Assembly (NCBI GenBank): GCA_038045825.1 | Contig: JBBSXJ010000003.1 | Location: 75,437 to 139,436 of the forward strand | Reading direction: 5' to 3' | Length of the DNA stretch: 64,000 nucleotides | From: Nanobdellota archaeon | GTDB lineage: Archaea; Nanobdellota; Nanobdellia; Pacearchaeales; GW2011-AR1 | Shown here: positions 36,076 to 46,112 of the stretch, in pieces | Layout: each line of letters starts with the position of its first letter | Numbering within the stretch: position 1 is the first letter of the stretch | Position numbers and translations under genes: made by a program | The notes under the pieces: model-generated | The model's database searches: none | What the model was told of the DNA's origin: nothing | The model's input: the letters and a program-made list of their open reading frames with translations, nothing else

Positions 36076-37209
36076 CTAAATTTTTAATTGGTCTTTTCCT
36101 ATTTCCATAAACATAAAACCATTGGGATTTTCTGGTCTTTTCTTAAAGCCGAAAGAGGAATAAAATTCAACAGCTACTTTGCTAGGGCATGTTCCTAATA
36201 GATATCCTTTTTTGTTTTGAATATTCTTTAGAATTATTTGCATTAATTTCCTACCTACACCCTTACCTTGAAATTCTGGTAAAACTATTGTGTCTTGGAT
36301 ATAACCATACATTCCTTGATCTCCTGACATTCTTACCATTCCTATTATTTTATTTCCAGAATATGCACAAACACAATATGGAGCTACGTCAAGAGATTTT
36401 TGAGCGCTTTCATTTGAAATCCCCCTTTCAGCGAGATTCCAGTCAACAGAGTCTCTTAATTGATTGAATTCAACTAATGTTGGTTTCTTTTCAACATACC
36501 TTATATCCATACTATCGGACGAATTACTTCGTTTTTTAAATTTATCGTTTTCTTTAGAAACAAGATTAGCTAGATATATAGCAGTTGAATATATTTCTTC
36601 TTTAGATGCGCCTCTTGACAGGTCACTTATGTGATATCCTGTGCCTAACAAAATAGGGCCTATATGTTCATAATCCCCTAGCCTTTGAACAAGTTTGTAA
36701 GAGATATTTGCAGAATTCAAATCTGGGAATATAAATGAATTATGTTTAATTGAGTTTTTTATCCCTTTTTTCAGAGCTATTTCTGGAAGAAGAGCTGCAT
36801 CTACCTGCATGCCTTTTTCATCTGTCTTAAATGAAAGGTTTGTAATTTTCAATTCAAAGATATTTCCTACTTCTTTTTGTAAAAGATCATTCAGTTCTTT
36901 CTTTTGTTCTTCAGATAATGAAATATTAACTGCTGTGTCTGCAAAAAAATACATAGAGTCATTTTTTCTTAAAACGCTATAAGAATACACTCTGTTCTTT
37001 GGTTTTATTAATTGAAATATTATCTTAAGATAATCTGATGTCGAAATATCATGGCCCCCAACAAGGCAATCTATTTCTTTTGATATCAAAGCTTTTAATG
37101 CAGATTCGACAGAATCGTAAATTATCAGTTTGAAAATATTTTCTTTTTCTATTCTTTCTTTAACATACATTATATCGCTGTTATTATCAGAGAAACCTAT
37201 TTTTATCAT
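36076..37209 (-). CDS. fusion protein: phosphate acetyl/butyryltransferase (PTA_PTB)-like domain + GNAT N-acetyltransferase
   Basis: Residues ~1-225 contain QVDAALLPEIALKKG...FIFPDLNSANISYKLVQRL...IGPILLG...ISDLSRGAS (Pta signature). Residues ~240-377 contain GNAT motif A QGKGVGRKLM. Confidence 0.7.
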   Translation of the reverse strand: MIKIGFSDNNSDIMYVKERIEKENIFKLIIYDSVESALKALISKEIDCLVGGHDISTSDYLKIIFQLIKPKNRVYSYSVLRKNDSMYFFADTAVNISLSEEQKKELNDLLQKEVGNIFELKITNLSFKTDEKGMQVDAALLPEIALKKGIKNSIKHNSFIFPDLNSANISYKLVQRLGDYEHIGPILLGTGYHISDLSRGASKEEIYSTAIYLANLVSKENDKFKKRSNSSDSMDIRYVEKKPTLVEFNQLRDSVDWNLAERGISNESAQKSLDVAPYCVCAYSGNKIIGMVRMSGDQGMYGYIQDTIVLPEFQGKGVGRKLMQIILKNIQNKKGYLLGTCPSKVAVEFYSSFGFKKRPENPNGFMFMEIGKDQLKI

Positions 37210-38309
37210 TTGTAGAATTCCTTTATTCTTTCACAAATTCCAATAATATCTTTTTCACTTAAATGTGGGCCATTTGGAAGCCAAAGACAATTATCTGCAA
37301 TATAAGATGCATTTGGAAAATCTTTGTCAGAACCTAAATGGCTGTAAGGAGGATTTCTATGTACTGCAGGCCAACAATCTCTTGCAAAAATATTATTTGT
37401 TTTTAGATAATCCACTAAAGCTTGTCTATTTTCTATATGTACATCAATCCAAAGAGGTATCTCTCCTTTTGATATATCTATCTTTGCAAAGTGTATCTGC
37501 TTTACGCTTGACAACTCTCTTTCGTATATATTTCTCTGCTCTACCAAAAGCTTTTTGCGAGAATCTATCTTTTTTAGTTGGCTAAGAACTAGCGCTGCTG
37601 CTAAGTCGCTAAATTTTAAGTTGTACCCTTCTTTTTCGTGTATGGACTCTTTGTTGCTGAATCTTCCAAAATCTCTTATTCTTCTCATAATTTCATGGTA
37701 TTTGTCATCATCTGTTGAAACAAATCCACCTTGGCCACAAGTTATTATCTTATTTGACTGAAGAGAATAACAACCAACCTCGCCAAATGTGCCTAAGAAT
37801 TTATCCCCTTCTTTTGATCCTAGAGCCCCAGCAGCATCTTCTATAATAGAAATATTCTTTTCAGATGCAATTTTCTTTATTTCATTATAATCTGGGGATC
37901 TTCCCAATATATCTACTACAATTATTGCTGTTGTCTTATTTGTTATTTTATTTTTTAGATCTTTTATACTAATAAGACCCGTTTCTTTATCTACATCTGC
38001 TAAAATTACTTTGCCTCCAGCCCATCCAACTGCGGTTGCTGAAGCGATCATAGTCATGTCAGGAACAATTACTTCAAAATCTTGAATGTTTTTTATTATT
38101 GAATCTGCTTTTATTGCCATGAAAAGAGAAGCAGTGCAATTAGCAGTCATTGTGACATGTTTAACACCAAGATATTTTTGTAATTCTTCTTCAAGTAGCT
38201 TTGTTTTTGGACCTTCATTTACATAATTATTTCTTAATACTTCTGTTACAGAATCTATATCTTCTTGGTCAAATCTTGGTTCGTTCCAATTAATTCGTTG
38301 GTTGTTCAT
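37206..38309 (-). CDS. DegT/DnrJ/EryC1/StrS-family sugar aminotransferase (perosamine-synthase-like)
   Basis: 367 aa with family-typical length and blocks; overlaps gmd by 20 nt and the Pta-GNAT gene by 4 nt. Confidence 0.85.
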   Translation of the reverse strand: MNNQRINWNEPRFDQEDIDSVTEVLRNNYVNEGPKTKLLEEELQKYLGVKHVTMTANCTASLFMAIKADSIIKNIQDFEVIVPDMTMIASATAVGWAGGKVILADVDKETGLISIKDLKNKITNKTTAIIVVDILGRSPDYNEIKKIASEKNISIIEDAAGALGSKEGDKFLGTFGEVGCYSLQSNKIITCGQGGFVSTDDDKYHEIMRRIRDFGRFSNKESIHEKEGYNLKFSDLAAALVLSQLKKIDSRKKLLVEQRNIYERELSSVKQIHFAKIDISKGEIPLWIDVHIENRQALVDYLKTNNIFARDCWPAVHRNPPYSHLGSDKDFPNASYIADNCLWLPNGPHLSEKDIIGICERIKEFYK

Positions 38310-39354
38310 CTTTCTGAGCGCTTAGTATCTTCATTCTCTCTCTAGCTTGCTCTAGTGTCAAACCTTTTTCATGAAGATCATGCTCAAGCATCATCTTCGC
38401 TAACTCTTTGAATTTTACTTTAGGTTCCCATTTTAGAATATTCTTTGCTTTTGTTGAATCTCCAAGTAATGCTGGTACTTCAGCAGGTCTCAAGTAACGA
38501 TCACTTGTTCTTACAAACTTCTTGTAATCTGTGCCCAACAAATTAAAGCATTCTTCTAGGAATTCTCTTACCGTATGAGTTTCTTCTGTAGCAATTACAA
38601 AATCATCAGGTTTATCGTGTTGTAAAATTCTCCACATTGCTTCCACATATTCTTTGGAGAATCCCCAGTCTCTTTTAGCATCCAAGTTTCCCAAAACTAT
38701 TTCATTCTTTTCTGCATTTACAATTTTAACTATATCTCCAGTTATCTTTTTAGTTACAAAATTTAGACCCCTTCTAGGAGATTCATGATTGAAAAGTATA
38801 CCGTTTGCTGCAAATAATTTGTAAGCATCTCTGTAAAGCCTTGTTAAGTGGAAAGCTCCTACTTTTGCAATACCATAAGGACTTTGAGGCTTAAAATGAG
38901 TTGTTTCATTTTGTGGGGGTGGAGTTGCTCCGAACATCTCCGAAGATGAGGCCTGATAATATTTAACCGGGTAATTCATTTGACGAATTGCTTCTAGTAA
39001 TCTTAGGGGGCCAAGTGTGTTAATATTAATTGTAGATTCTGCATTTTCAAAACTGATTCCTACATGGCTCTGCGCTCCCAAATTATATATTTCATCAGGT
39101 CTAAATTTTTCCAAAACATTTCTTAAACTTTGAGAATCTGTTAAATCTGCATAAACAACTGTGAAAGGATTATTTGGATCGTGGTCATCTGAATATTTGC
39201 TAAGTAAATGATCTATTCTTTTTGTATTTGGAGAACTTGCTCTTCTAACAATCCCCCTTACTAAATAACCTTTTTCAAGTAGAAGTTCAGCGAGATAAGA
39301 ACCGTCCTGTCCTCCAATGCCTGTAATTAAAGCAACCTTTTTTCCATCTTGCAT
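38290..39354 (-). CDS. gmd: GDP-mannose 4,6-dehydratase
   Basis: ALITGIGGQDGSYLAELLLEKGY, SPYGIAKV, NHESPRRG blocks. Confidence 0.9.
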   Translation of the reverse strand: MQDGKKVALITGIGGQDGSYLAELLLEKGYLVRGIVRRASSPNTKRIDHLLSKYSDDHDPNNPFTVVYADLTDSQSLRNVLEKFRPDEIYNLGAQSHVGISFENAESTININTLGPLRLLEAIRQMNYPVKYYQASSSEMFGATPPPQNETTHFKPQSPYGIAKVGAFHLTRLYRDAYKLFAANGILFNHESPRRGLNFVTKKITGDIVKIVNAEKNEIVLGNLDAKRDWGFSKEYVEAMWRILQHDKPDDFVIATEETHTVREFLEECFNLLGTDYKKFVRTSDRYLRPAEVPALLGDSTKAKNILKWEPKVKFKELAKMMLEHDLHEKGLTLEQARERMKILSAQKDEQPTN

Positions 39355-39391
39355 ATTTGATAGGTCAAATATAATTATATAAAGATTATGC

Positions 39392-40579
39392 TTATTGAAG
39401 AGCGTTTTCCACTATCTTAATTATAGCATCATTTCTTCTTCTTAAATTATATTTACCATCTTTTGATATCATACCTTTTGCAAATTTACCCATTTTGTCT
39501 CTTGAATTAGAACTCTTAATTAACATTTCAGTCTTATTCACATATTCCTCAAGTAAATCTTTATCAATATTCTTTGAATAAAGCCTCATCCATCTTAAAT
39601 TCAGATTTCTTAAATAATCTTTAGTTTCAAGAGGGTTCCCTAAAATGCTGTTTGCGTCCGTAACCATTCCACTTTTTCCATCAATTACCATTTCAGGGAT
39701 CATCCAAAAATTGAAAACTGATGCAGGTATAGCATAATTCATACAGTCAAGAAGGAGATTTATTCCTGGAACTGGTTCTATCAGGAGATCAGAGTCTAAA
39801 AAGAGGTCTCTCATTTCATTGTTGGAAAGAAATTCTTCCAAGAATTTTATCCCTTTTATATTACCGTATTTTATTTTTACCCAGCTTGGTACGTGTGCCC
39901 TTACTGATAGGTTTATATTATTATATTTCTCAGACAGAATTTTATAAGATTCTAAAGCATAGATTCCCCCCTTAAGTTCAAAGTCATAAACATTGTTAAC
40001 CGATGACACAAAGAGCATATTAACCCTGTTATTTTTATTCTTTCTTTCTATTTTTTCCTGCTCTGTTGCAAAAGGAAGAACATGTATCTTTTTAGAAAAT
40101 CCTGAACAATCCAATGTTTTTGTTAGTGACATCTTAGCAATATCATTCCAACAGATTATTGCAATACATCTTTTAGATGAGAATTCACGCTCTATTTCTT
40201 TTACATTTAATCTATTGTAGTCATAACCGCCTAGGGCAGTTATATTCTCTATATCTATGATATATTTATGTGGTTCTGGAGGTATTAGATTTGAAGCATA
40301 AACCAAATCGCAACTGGGTACCTCTTCTTTAGATGGTATTACTAGATTTTTTAGTTCTTTTAATGATACCATAGGCCTCATAAGTTTATAGTATAAATAT
40401 CTAACCCATGGGTTTCTTGAAAGCTTAGAAAATTTATTTGTAGAGTTTACCTGTTTAGGATTATATATAACTTGATATTTTTCAGACAATAATTTTATTG
40501 TTGGATTATATACGCTATGCCACTTTTCACTAGGGTATAAGAGAATTTTCTTTTTCACTGATTTTGTAGAGATTTTCAT
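39392..40579 (-). CDS. putative GT-B glycosyltransferase
   Basis: The C-terminal EPVPG...LLDCMNYAIPA...IPEMVIDGKSGMV resembles the GT4 E-x7-E region; otherwise unrecognised. Confidence 0.45.
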   Translation of the reverse strand: MKISTKSVKKKILLYPSEKWHSVYNPTIKLLSEKYQVIYNPKQVNSTNKFSKLSRNPWVRYLYYKLMRPMVSLKELKNLVIPSKEEVPSCDLVYASNLIPPEPHKYIIDIENITALGGYDYNRLNVKEIEREFSSKRCIAIICWNDIAKMSLTKTLDCSGFSKKIHVLPFATEQEKIERKNKNNRVNMLFVSSVNNVYDFELKGGIYALESYKILSEKYNNINLSVRAHVPSWVKIKYGNIKGIKFLEEFLSNNEMRDLFLDSDLLIEPVPGINLLLDCMNYAIPASVFNFWMIPEMVIDGKSGMVTDANSILGNPLETKDYLRNLNLRWMRLYSKNIDKDLLEEYVNKTEMLIKSSNSRDKMGKFAKGMISKDGKYNLRRRNDAIIKIVENALQ

Positions 40580-40705
40580 TGAAAATATATTTATCCTTTA
40601 GCAGATACAATCTTTATAAAACCTTTCAAGATTTTAGGCTATATAAAAGTGAATTTGGCTACAAAAAAGACAAAATATTATAAACCTGACTTATTAGGGT
40701 AAAAC

Positions 40706-40909
40706 ATGCGTTTTAAAACTACAAATATTTCAAGAACAATTGGAGAAAAAACTGGTTATGTCACTGCATATATAATATTTAGTACTATTTTATATTTTAT
40801 TCTAAAATTATTTAATAAAATTCCAGATGATTGGAACTTTGTTTATATATTACCCTTTACTTATACAGTGGTTCTTTTAGGGAGCATAACCACATTATTA
40901 TTAAAATGA
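40706..40909 (+). CDS. small 2-TM membrane protein
   Basis: 67-aa ORF; ATGA overlap with the next gene. Confidence 0.35.
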   Translation: MRFKTTNISRTIGEKTGYVTAYIIFSTILYFILKLFNKIPDDWNFVYILPFTYTVVLLGSITTLLLK

Positions 40910-41151
40910 AGATAAAAGAATTTGTTATTGGATTTGGAAATGGACAGAAAGAATTTGGACATACTATTTCTATAATAGTAAACTCCTTATTGTTAACTTT
41001 TGTGTATTTTATTGGTGTTGGTATTACTTCTATTTTGGCAAAAGCAAGCAATAAGAAATTTTTAACATTGAGTTATGACAATTCCGAGTCTTATTGGACC
41101 CCACTTAATCTAGATAAAAAAGAAATCAAGGAGTATTATAAACAATTCTAA
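40906..41151 (+). CDS. SxtJ-like small membrane protein
   Basis: 81 aa from ATG 40906 (the track starts at 40831). FGHTISIIVNSLLLTFVYFIGVGITSILAK...SYW resembles the SxtJ family that accompanies carbamoyltransferases. Confidence 0.45.
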   Translation: MKIKEFVIGFGNGQKEFGHTISIIVNSLLLTFVYFIGVGITSILAKASNKKFLTLSYDNSESYWTPLNLDKKEIKEYYKQF

Positions 41152-41152
41152 A

Positions 41153-42910
41153 ATGAAAATTCTTGGATTAAGTTGTTTTTATCATGACTCGTCTGCGACA
41201 TTATTAATAGATGGAAAAATAGTTGCTGCTGCCCAAGAAGAAAGATTTACAAGGAAGAAGCATGATTCTTCTTTTCCAATTAATTCAATAAATTATTGTC
41301 TGAATAGCCAGAATCTAAAAATAGATGATATAGATTTTATTGGTTTTTATGAAAAGCCACTTATTAAATTTGAACGCGGACTATCACAACACATACAGAT
41401 GTTTCCGCATAGTTATAAAACATTTATCGCCTCATTACCTTCTTGGTTTACTGAAAAACTTAGAGTAACAAAAACAATAAAGAATAAACTGAAATACAAG
41501 AAACCAGTTCTTTTTGTTGATCATCATCTAACTCACGCTGCGTCTTTTTTATTAAGCCCTTTTAAAAGAGCAGCTATTCTAACTGTTGATGGTGTTGGTG
41601 AATGGACTACTACTGCTTATGGAATAGGAGATAAAAATAATATAAATTTAATAAAAGAAATAAAATTTCCGCATTCCTTGGGCCTTCTTTATTCAACAAT
41701 AACTGCCTACTTGGGGTTTTCTGTTAATAACTCTGAATATAAGGTAATGGGTTTGAGTCCATATGGAAATATGGATAAAGATACAAACCCTTATTATAAT
41801 AAAATCAAGCAGATTATAGATGTAAAAAAAGACGGAAGCTACAGACTGAATATGTCTTATTTTAGATATCATTGTAAGGACAGGATGCCGTCCAGAAAAT
41901 TGTGTGTACTTCTTGGCGGGCCTATAAGAAGAAAAGAATCTTCTATAGATCAAAGACACAAAGACATTGCAGCAGCTGTGCAGCTTATCGTCGAGGAAAC
42001 AATTTTTACTATATTAAATCATATACATAAAGAAACAAAGTGCGACTCGTTAGTCATATCTGGTGGAGTTGCTCTAAATAGTGTTTGCAATGGAAAAATA
42101 TTGAAAAATACGGGATTCAAGAATATCTGGGCTCAACCAGATCCAGGAGATGGTGGAACAAGCGCAGGAGTTGCTTCTTATATTTACAACACTATTCTTG
42201 GAAAGAAAAGGAACTATATTTTAAATAATGCGTACCTTGGTCCATCTTTTAGTGAAGAAAATATAAGAGAGTTTCTTAAAGAGAATAATATTTCTTATAG
42301 TGAATTTACAAATAAAGAAGAATTGATAAAAAAAACTGCTTCTCTTATATATCAAAATAAAGTGATTGGGTGGTTCCAAGAAGGCATGGAATGGGGTCCA
42401 CGTGGATTAGGTGCAAGAAGCATTTTATCAAATGCCTGCAACCCTGAAATGAAGGAGATTTTGAATACAAAAGTAAAACATCGCGAGAAATTTAGGCCGT
42501 TTGCTCCAGTAGTGTGTTATGATGATGCTCAAAAATACTTTGAATGTGATAAGCCAATACCTGACCCAACAGATTTTATGCTAATGGTATATCCAATAAA
42601 AAAGAAATGGAGAAAAAAGATACCTGCTGTAGCACATGTTGATGGAAGTGGAAGATTGCAAACCATTAAGAAAGACCAGAACCCACTTTACTATGGAGTC
42701 ATTAAAGAGTTTGGAAAACTTTCAGGAATACCTATTTTAATAAACACATCTTTTAATATAAGAGGAGAGCCAATTGTATGCACTCCAAAAGATGCTTATA
42801 GATGTATGATGGGGACTGGAATTGACTATCTTATCATAGATAGATTTTTGATTAACCGTGATGAGAACGCCAAGGATATCTGGGACAGTGAAAAATATGC
42901 AAATGACTAA
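41153..42910 (+). CDS. carbamoyltransferase (NodU/CmcH family), copy 2
   Basis: MKILGLSCFYHDSSATLLIDGKIVAAAQEERFTRKKHD, GPRGLGARSIL, HVDGSGRLQT, ILINTSFNIRGEPIV. Confidence 0.9.
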   Translation: MKILGLSCFYHDSSATLLIDGKIVAAAQEERFTRKKHDSSFPINSINYCLNSQNLKIDDIDFIGFYEKPLIKFERGLSQHIQMFPHSYKTFIASLPSWFTEKLRVTKTIKNKLKYKKPVLFVDHHLTHAASFLLSPFKRAAILTVDGVGEWTTTAYGIGDKNNINLIKEIKFPHSLGLLYSTITAYLGFSVNNSEYKVMGLSPYGNMDKDTNPYYNKIKQIIDVKKDGSYRLNMSYFRYHCKDRMPSRKLCVLLGGPIRRKESSIDQRHKDIAAAVQLIVEETIFTILNHIHKETKCDSLVISGGVALNSVCNGKILKNTGFKNIWAQPDPGDGGTSAGVASYIYNTILGKKRNYILNNAYLGPSFSEENIREFLKENNISYSEFTNKEELIKKTASLIYQNKVIGWFQEGMEWGPRGLGARSILSNACNPEMKEILNTKVKHREKFRPFAPVVCYDDAQKYFECDKPIPDPTDFMLMVYPIKKKWRKKIPAVAHVDGSGRLQTIKKDQNPLYYGVIKEFGKLSGIPILINTSFNIRGEPIVCTPKDAYRCMMGTGIDYLIIDRFLINRDENAKDIWDSEKYAND

Positions 42911-42950
42911 ATATCAAAACATATTTAAAACCATTAAATTATAAGTTTTT

Positions 42951-43112
42951 ATGGAAGGCAATAGGTCTTTTGTTAAAGAAATGTGGTTCTTTATAAAAGA
43001 GAGGAAGGTCTGGTGGATAGCGCCAATAATAGTTCTTCTACTTATAGTTGGAGGACTTATAATACTTGGGCAAAGTAGCGCACTATCACCATTTATTTAT
43101 TCCCTTTTCTAG
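42951..43112 (+). CDS. DUF5989 / SxtK-like 53-aa membrane protein (not in supplied ORF track)
   Basis: My translation: MEGNRSFVKEMWFFIKERKVWWIAPIIVLLLIVGGLIILGQSSALSPFIYSLF. It matches the KE-W-F-x3-RKKWWL-PII...APFIYTLF pattern I recall for DUF5989. Confidence 0.55.
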   Translation: MEGNRSFVKEMWFFIKERKVWWIAPIIVLLLIVGGLIILGQSSALSPFIYSLF

Positions 43113-43146
43113 TTGGTTTTTTAAACCTTAAATAATACATATATAG

Positions 43147-44307
43147 ATGGGAATTAAAGGGTCTAGGATAGATAATCTTAAAACTTTAAGAAAAATATAT
43201 ATTGGGGTTGCAATTGTTATTTTGAACACAATCGTTCTAATCTTATTACTTAACACATTCTTTCACTTTGCAAATCCCACTTTAAGAAAGGTGTTTGTTT
43301 TTAGCGAGAGCAGTTTTAATGAGAATATTCTGAATGATGCTTATCCTCATATAGAATCAAGCGAAATAAGAAAAGAGATAATAAAGGAAAATGACAAATA
43401 TTCCTTGCCTTTCGTATATGATTCTTTTACTGGTTTCAGGACCAAAGCATATAATGGAAAATTTGTAAATGTAGATGATGCTGGATTCAGATACATAAAG
43501 GATCAATGTACTTATCCTCCAAAAAATACTAATTTTAATGTTTTTGTCTTTGGAGGTTCTACAACTTTTGGCTCCGGAGTTATAGATAACGAAACGATCC
43601 CTTCAAAGATTCAAGAGAAACTTAGGAGCGAGTATAATAGGAAAAATATATGTGTATATAACTTTGCTAGGCCACATTATTACAGTACTATAGAAAGGGA
43701 GCTTTTCGTTAAGCTAATAGTTGAAGAAAATTATATACCTGATATTGCAATTTTTATTGATGGACTTAATGATCATAATGGAAAGAAGATACCTTATGAA
43801 GACAAACTTGCAGCATATACTGAAGGAAAAGATAAACTTGGATACGTTTTTTCTGGTACAGCCACATCAACTGTCATCAGCCATTTATACAGGCGCTTCA
43901 TAAATAACAGCGCTCTTGAAAATGTAGAAACTAATGAAAGTAGAATATTTGAGAGATACATAAGTAATCAAAAAGTAATACGTAGCGTTGGAAATACTTA
44001 CAATGTTACCACATATTTTATTATACAACCTGTACCTGCGTATAATTATGATTGTGCTTACCATTTATTATGTAAAAGAGGGTTATTAGATTTTAAAGGC
44101 ACTAAATGGGATAAAACTCGTGGTTTCTATTCTATTGTTGCAAACTCAACTCAAACAAGAAATGATGAAATCATATGGCTTGGAGATATACAAAAAGAAA
44201 GAAAAGAGAACTTTTATGTTGATTATGGACATTATACTGCTAAATTCAGTGATGAAATTGCTAACCATATAATATTAAGAATGGCTCCTATTAACTTTAG
44301 TTCATAA
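43147..44307 (+). CDS. membrane-anchored SGNH-hydrolase-like protein
   Basis: N-terminal TM; blocks VFVFGGSTTFG (I), IDGLNDHN (III), DYGHY (V). Confidence 0.5.
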   Translation: MGIKGSRIDNLKTLRKIYIGVAIVILNTIVLILLLNTFFHFANPTLRKVFVFSESSFNENILNDAYPHIESSEIRKEIIKENDKYSLPFVYDSFTGFRTKAYNGKFVNVDDAGFRYIKDQCTYPPKNTNFNVFVFGGSTTFGSGVIDNETIPSKIQEKLRSEYNRKNICVYNFARPHYYSTIERELFVKLIVEENYIPDIAIFIDGLNDHNGKKIPYEDKLAAYTEGKDKLGYVFSGTATSTVISHLYRRFINNSALENVETNESRIFERYISNQKVIRSVGNTYNVTTYFIIQPVPAYNYDCAYHLLCKRGLLDFKGTKWDKTRGFYSIVANSTQTRNDEIIWLGDIQKERKENFYVDYGHYTAKFSDEIANHIILRMAPINFSS

Positions 44308-44423
44308 ACTAAAAGTTAAAAATTAATATAGAGTGTATCTAAAACAATTTTATAGATAGGCTTGCGATATAACATACATTAAAACAACCAAATCTTTAAT
44401 AACCTTCATAATGCAACTTTTTT

Positions 44424-46112
44424 ATGACTAAAAAGTTCAATGGAAATAATGAAATATTAGGTAATAAGATAATTATATCTTTTCCAGATGATTATTCATA
44501 CCAAAATTGGCAAGACCCTTTAAGCAGATTATTTCATAAAGTCATATCATTCAACCCAAGAAAAGAGCGCATTTTGCATGGCCAAGAAGAAATGAACAGT
44601 AGATTTTTGCGCTTAGTTGAAAAAGAAAAACCAGATTATATTTTATTCAACTTAATTAGTGATGAATTTTCCTTGAGAGTCTTTGAACAAATAAGAGAGA
44701 TATCTAATAAAACAAAGATATTAAATTTTGCTGGAGACGATGATTATCAATTTGAATCTTTCACGCGCTACTTGTCAATTTTCCTTGATGCTCAAATCAT
44801 ATATCAAAGGGACTTTTTAAAAAATTACCAAGATGGAGGATTCAAGAACACTTTTGTTTCCATTGGGACAAATATGGAGCACTATAAGCCTCTAAATCTC
44901 CCGAAAAGATATGAAGTGACTTTTGTAGGGGTTCCGAGAAATGATAGAGTAGATTTCATCAGATATCTGGTGAAAAATAAAGTTAATATAAAAATATGGG
45001 GTGCTGGATGGGAAAAATACCCTGACTTAAAAAGTATATGGGGTGGTTACTTAAAGCCAGAAGATTTTGTCAAAGTCATTAACGAGTCTAAAATAAACCT
45101 AAGCTTTAGCAAAGGAGGAGTTGGCAATAAAACTTACCATTTCACAGGAAGGGTCTTTGAAATAGCAGCATGTAAATCTTTCCAGCTAGTTGAATTCTAT
45201 GAAGGATATTTAGGCATGTATAAGAATAATGAAGAAATATCTATGTTCAGAGATGAAAAAGAGCTTGTTAAAAAAGTCAAGTATTACTTGGGAAATGAAA
45301 AAGAAAGGGAAAAAATGGCAGAAAGAGCCTATAGAAAGACGGTTAAAAATTATGATAGGAAGAAAGAGTTGTTAAAAATATTCAAGGTGTTATCAAGAGT
45401 TAAAGCGAAACAGCAGCAAGATTACAAAAATCTTGGATATAAAATAGTCCTTATTAAAGAAGACGACTTCAATGAAGGAGCTGAGTATCTTAAAGAAAAA
45501 ACAAAGGATTCAGATTTTATACAATTTAATTTAGGAAATGCAAAATTTTCTAAATACAAGTCCTTCTTGCAGATTCATTCTCTTTCAACATCTAAAAAAG
45601 ACATAAGCCTTTGTGATTACTACATAAATGAAAGTTTACTTGGGAACTATCTGCTCTTTAAAGCTAAAAATTCTTTTTATAACTTAGATAAGGGGGATTT
45701 TGATGAGTTAACCAGTCTTTCCCAAATTATGGTTACTAAAGACTATTTCTTAGATAATATACAAAATTTCATCAATGCTTTTGAAGAAGGAGTAATGGAA
45801 TTCGTAAGCCAAAAAAATACAATATTCTTATCATTTCCATTAGTTAGTATTAACGAGAAAAAGAGAATAAGTAGAAAGTTAATAAGTAAGTCGTTTGAGC
45901 CAAAATTTATTCATTCCCTAAGCGCAAACTTAAATAACAGCAAACCGCATTTTGTTTTATATTTGGGCTATTTAATAGCATATGCACTTTTGCATAGGAA
46001 CTGGTTCATCTTGCATTCGTTACTAGAATATTCGAAAATGGCAAGTTCAAATCTTGTTCAATCTAGCTTAATTAAAGAAAAATTTAATAAATTAAAGTTC
46101 CTTTTTTCATGA
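44424..46112 (+). CDS. CgeB-family glycosyltransferase-like protein with unknown C-terminal domain (paralog A)
   Basis: RVFEIAACKSFQLVE and MFRDEKELVKKVKYYLGNEKEREKMAERAYRK are typical of the CgeB / Glyco_trans_1_2 C-terminal region. Confidence 0.6.
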   Translation: MTKKFNGNNEILGNKIIISFPDDYSYQNWQDPLSRLFHKVISFNPRKERILHGQEEMNSRFLRLVEKEKPDYILFNLISDEFSLRVFEQIREISNKTKILNFAGDDDYQFESFTRYLSIFLDAQIIYQRDFLKNYQDGGFKNTFVSIGTNMEHYKPLNLPKRYEVTFVGVPRNDRVDFIRYLVKNKVNIKIWGAGWEKYPDLKSIWGGYLKPEDFVKVINESKINLSFSKGGVGNKTYHFTGRVFEIAACKSFQLVEFYEGYLGMYKNNEEISMFRDEKELVKKVKYYLGNEKEREKMAERAYRKTVKNYDRKKELLKIFKVLSRVKAKQQQDYKNLGYKIVLIKEDDFNEGAEYLKEKTKDSDFIQFNLGNAKFSKYKSFLQIHSLSTSKKDISLCDYYINESLLGNYLLFKAKNSFYNLDKGDFDELTSLSQIMVTKDYFLDNIQNFINAFEEGVMEFVSQKNTIFLSFPLVSINEKKRISRKLISKSFEPKFIHSLSANLNNSKPHFVLYLGYLIAYALLHRNWFILHSLLEYSKMASSNLVQSSLIKEKFNKLKFLFS

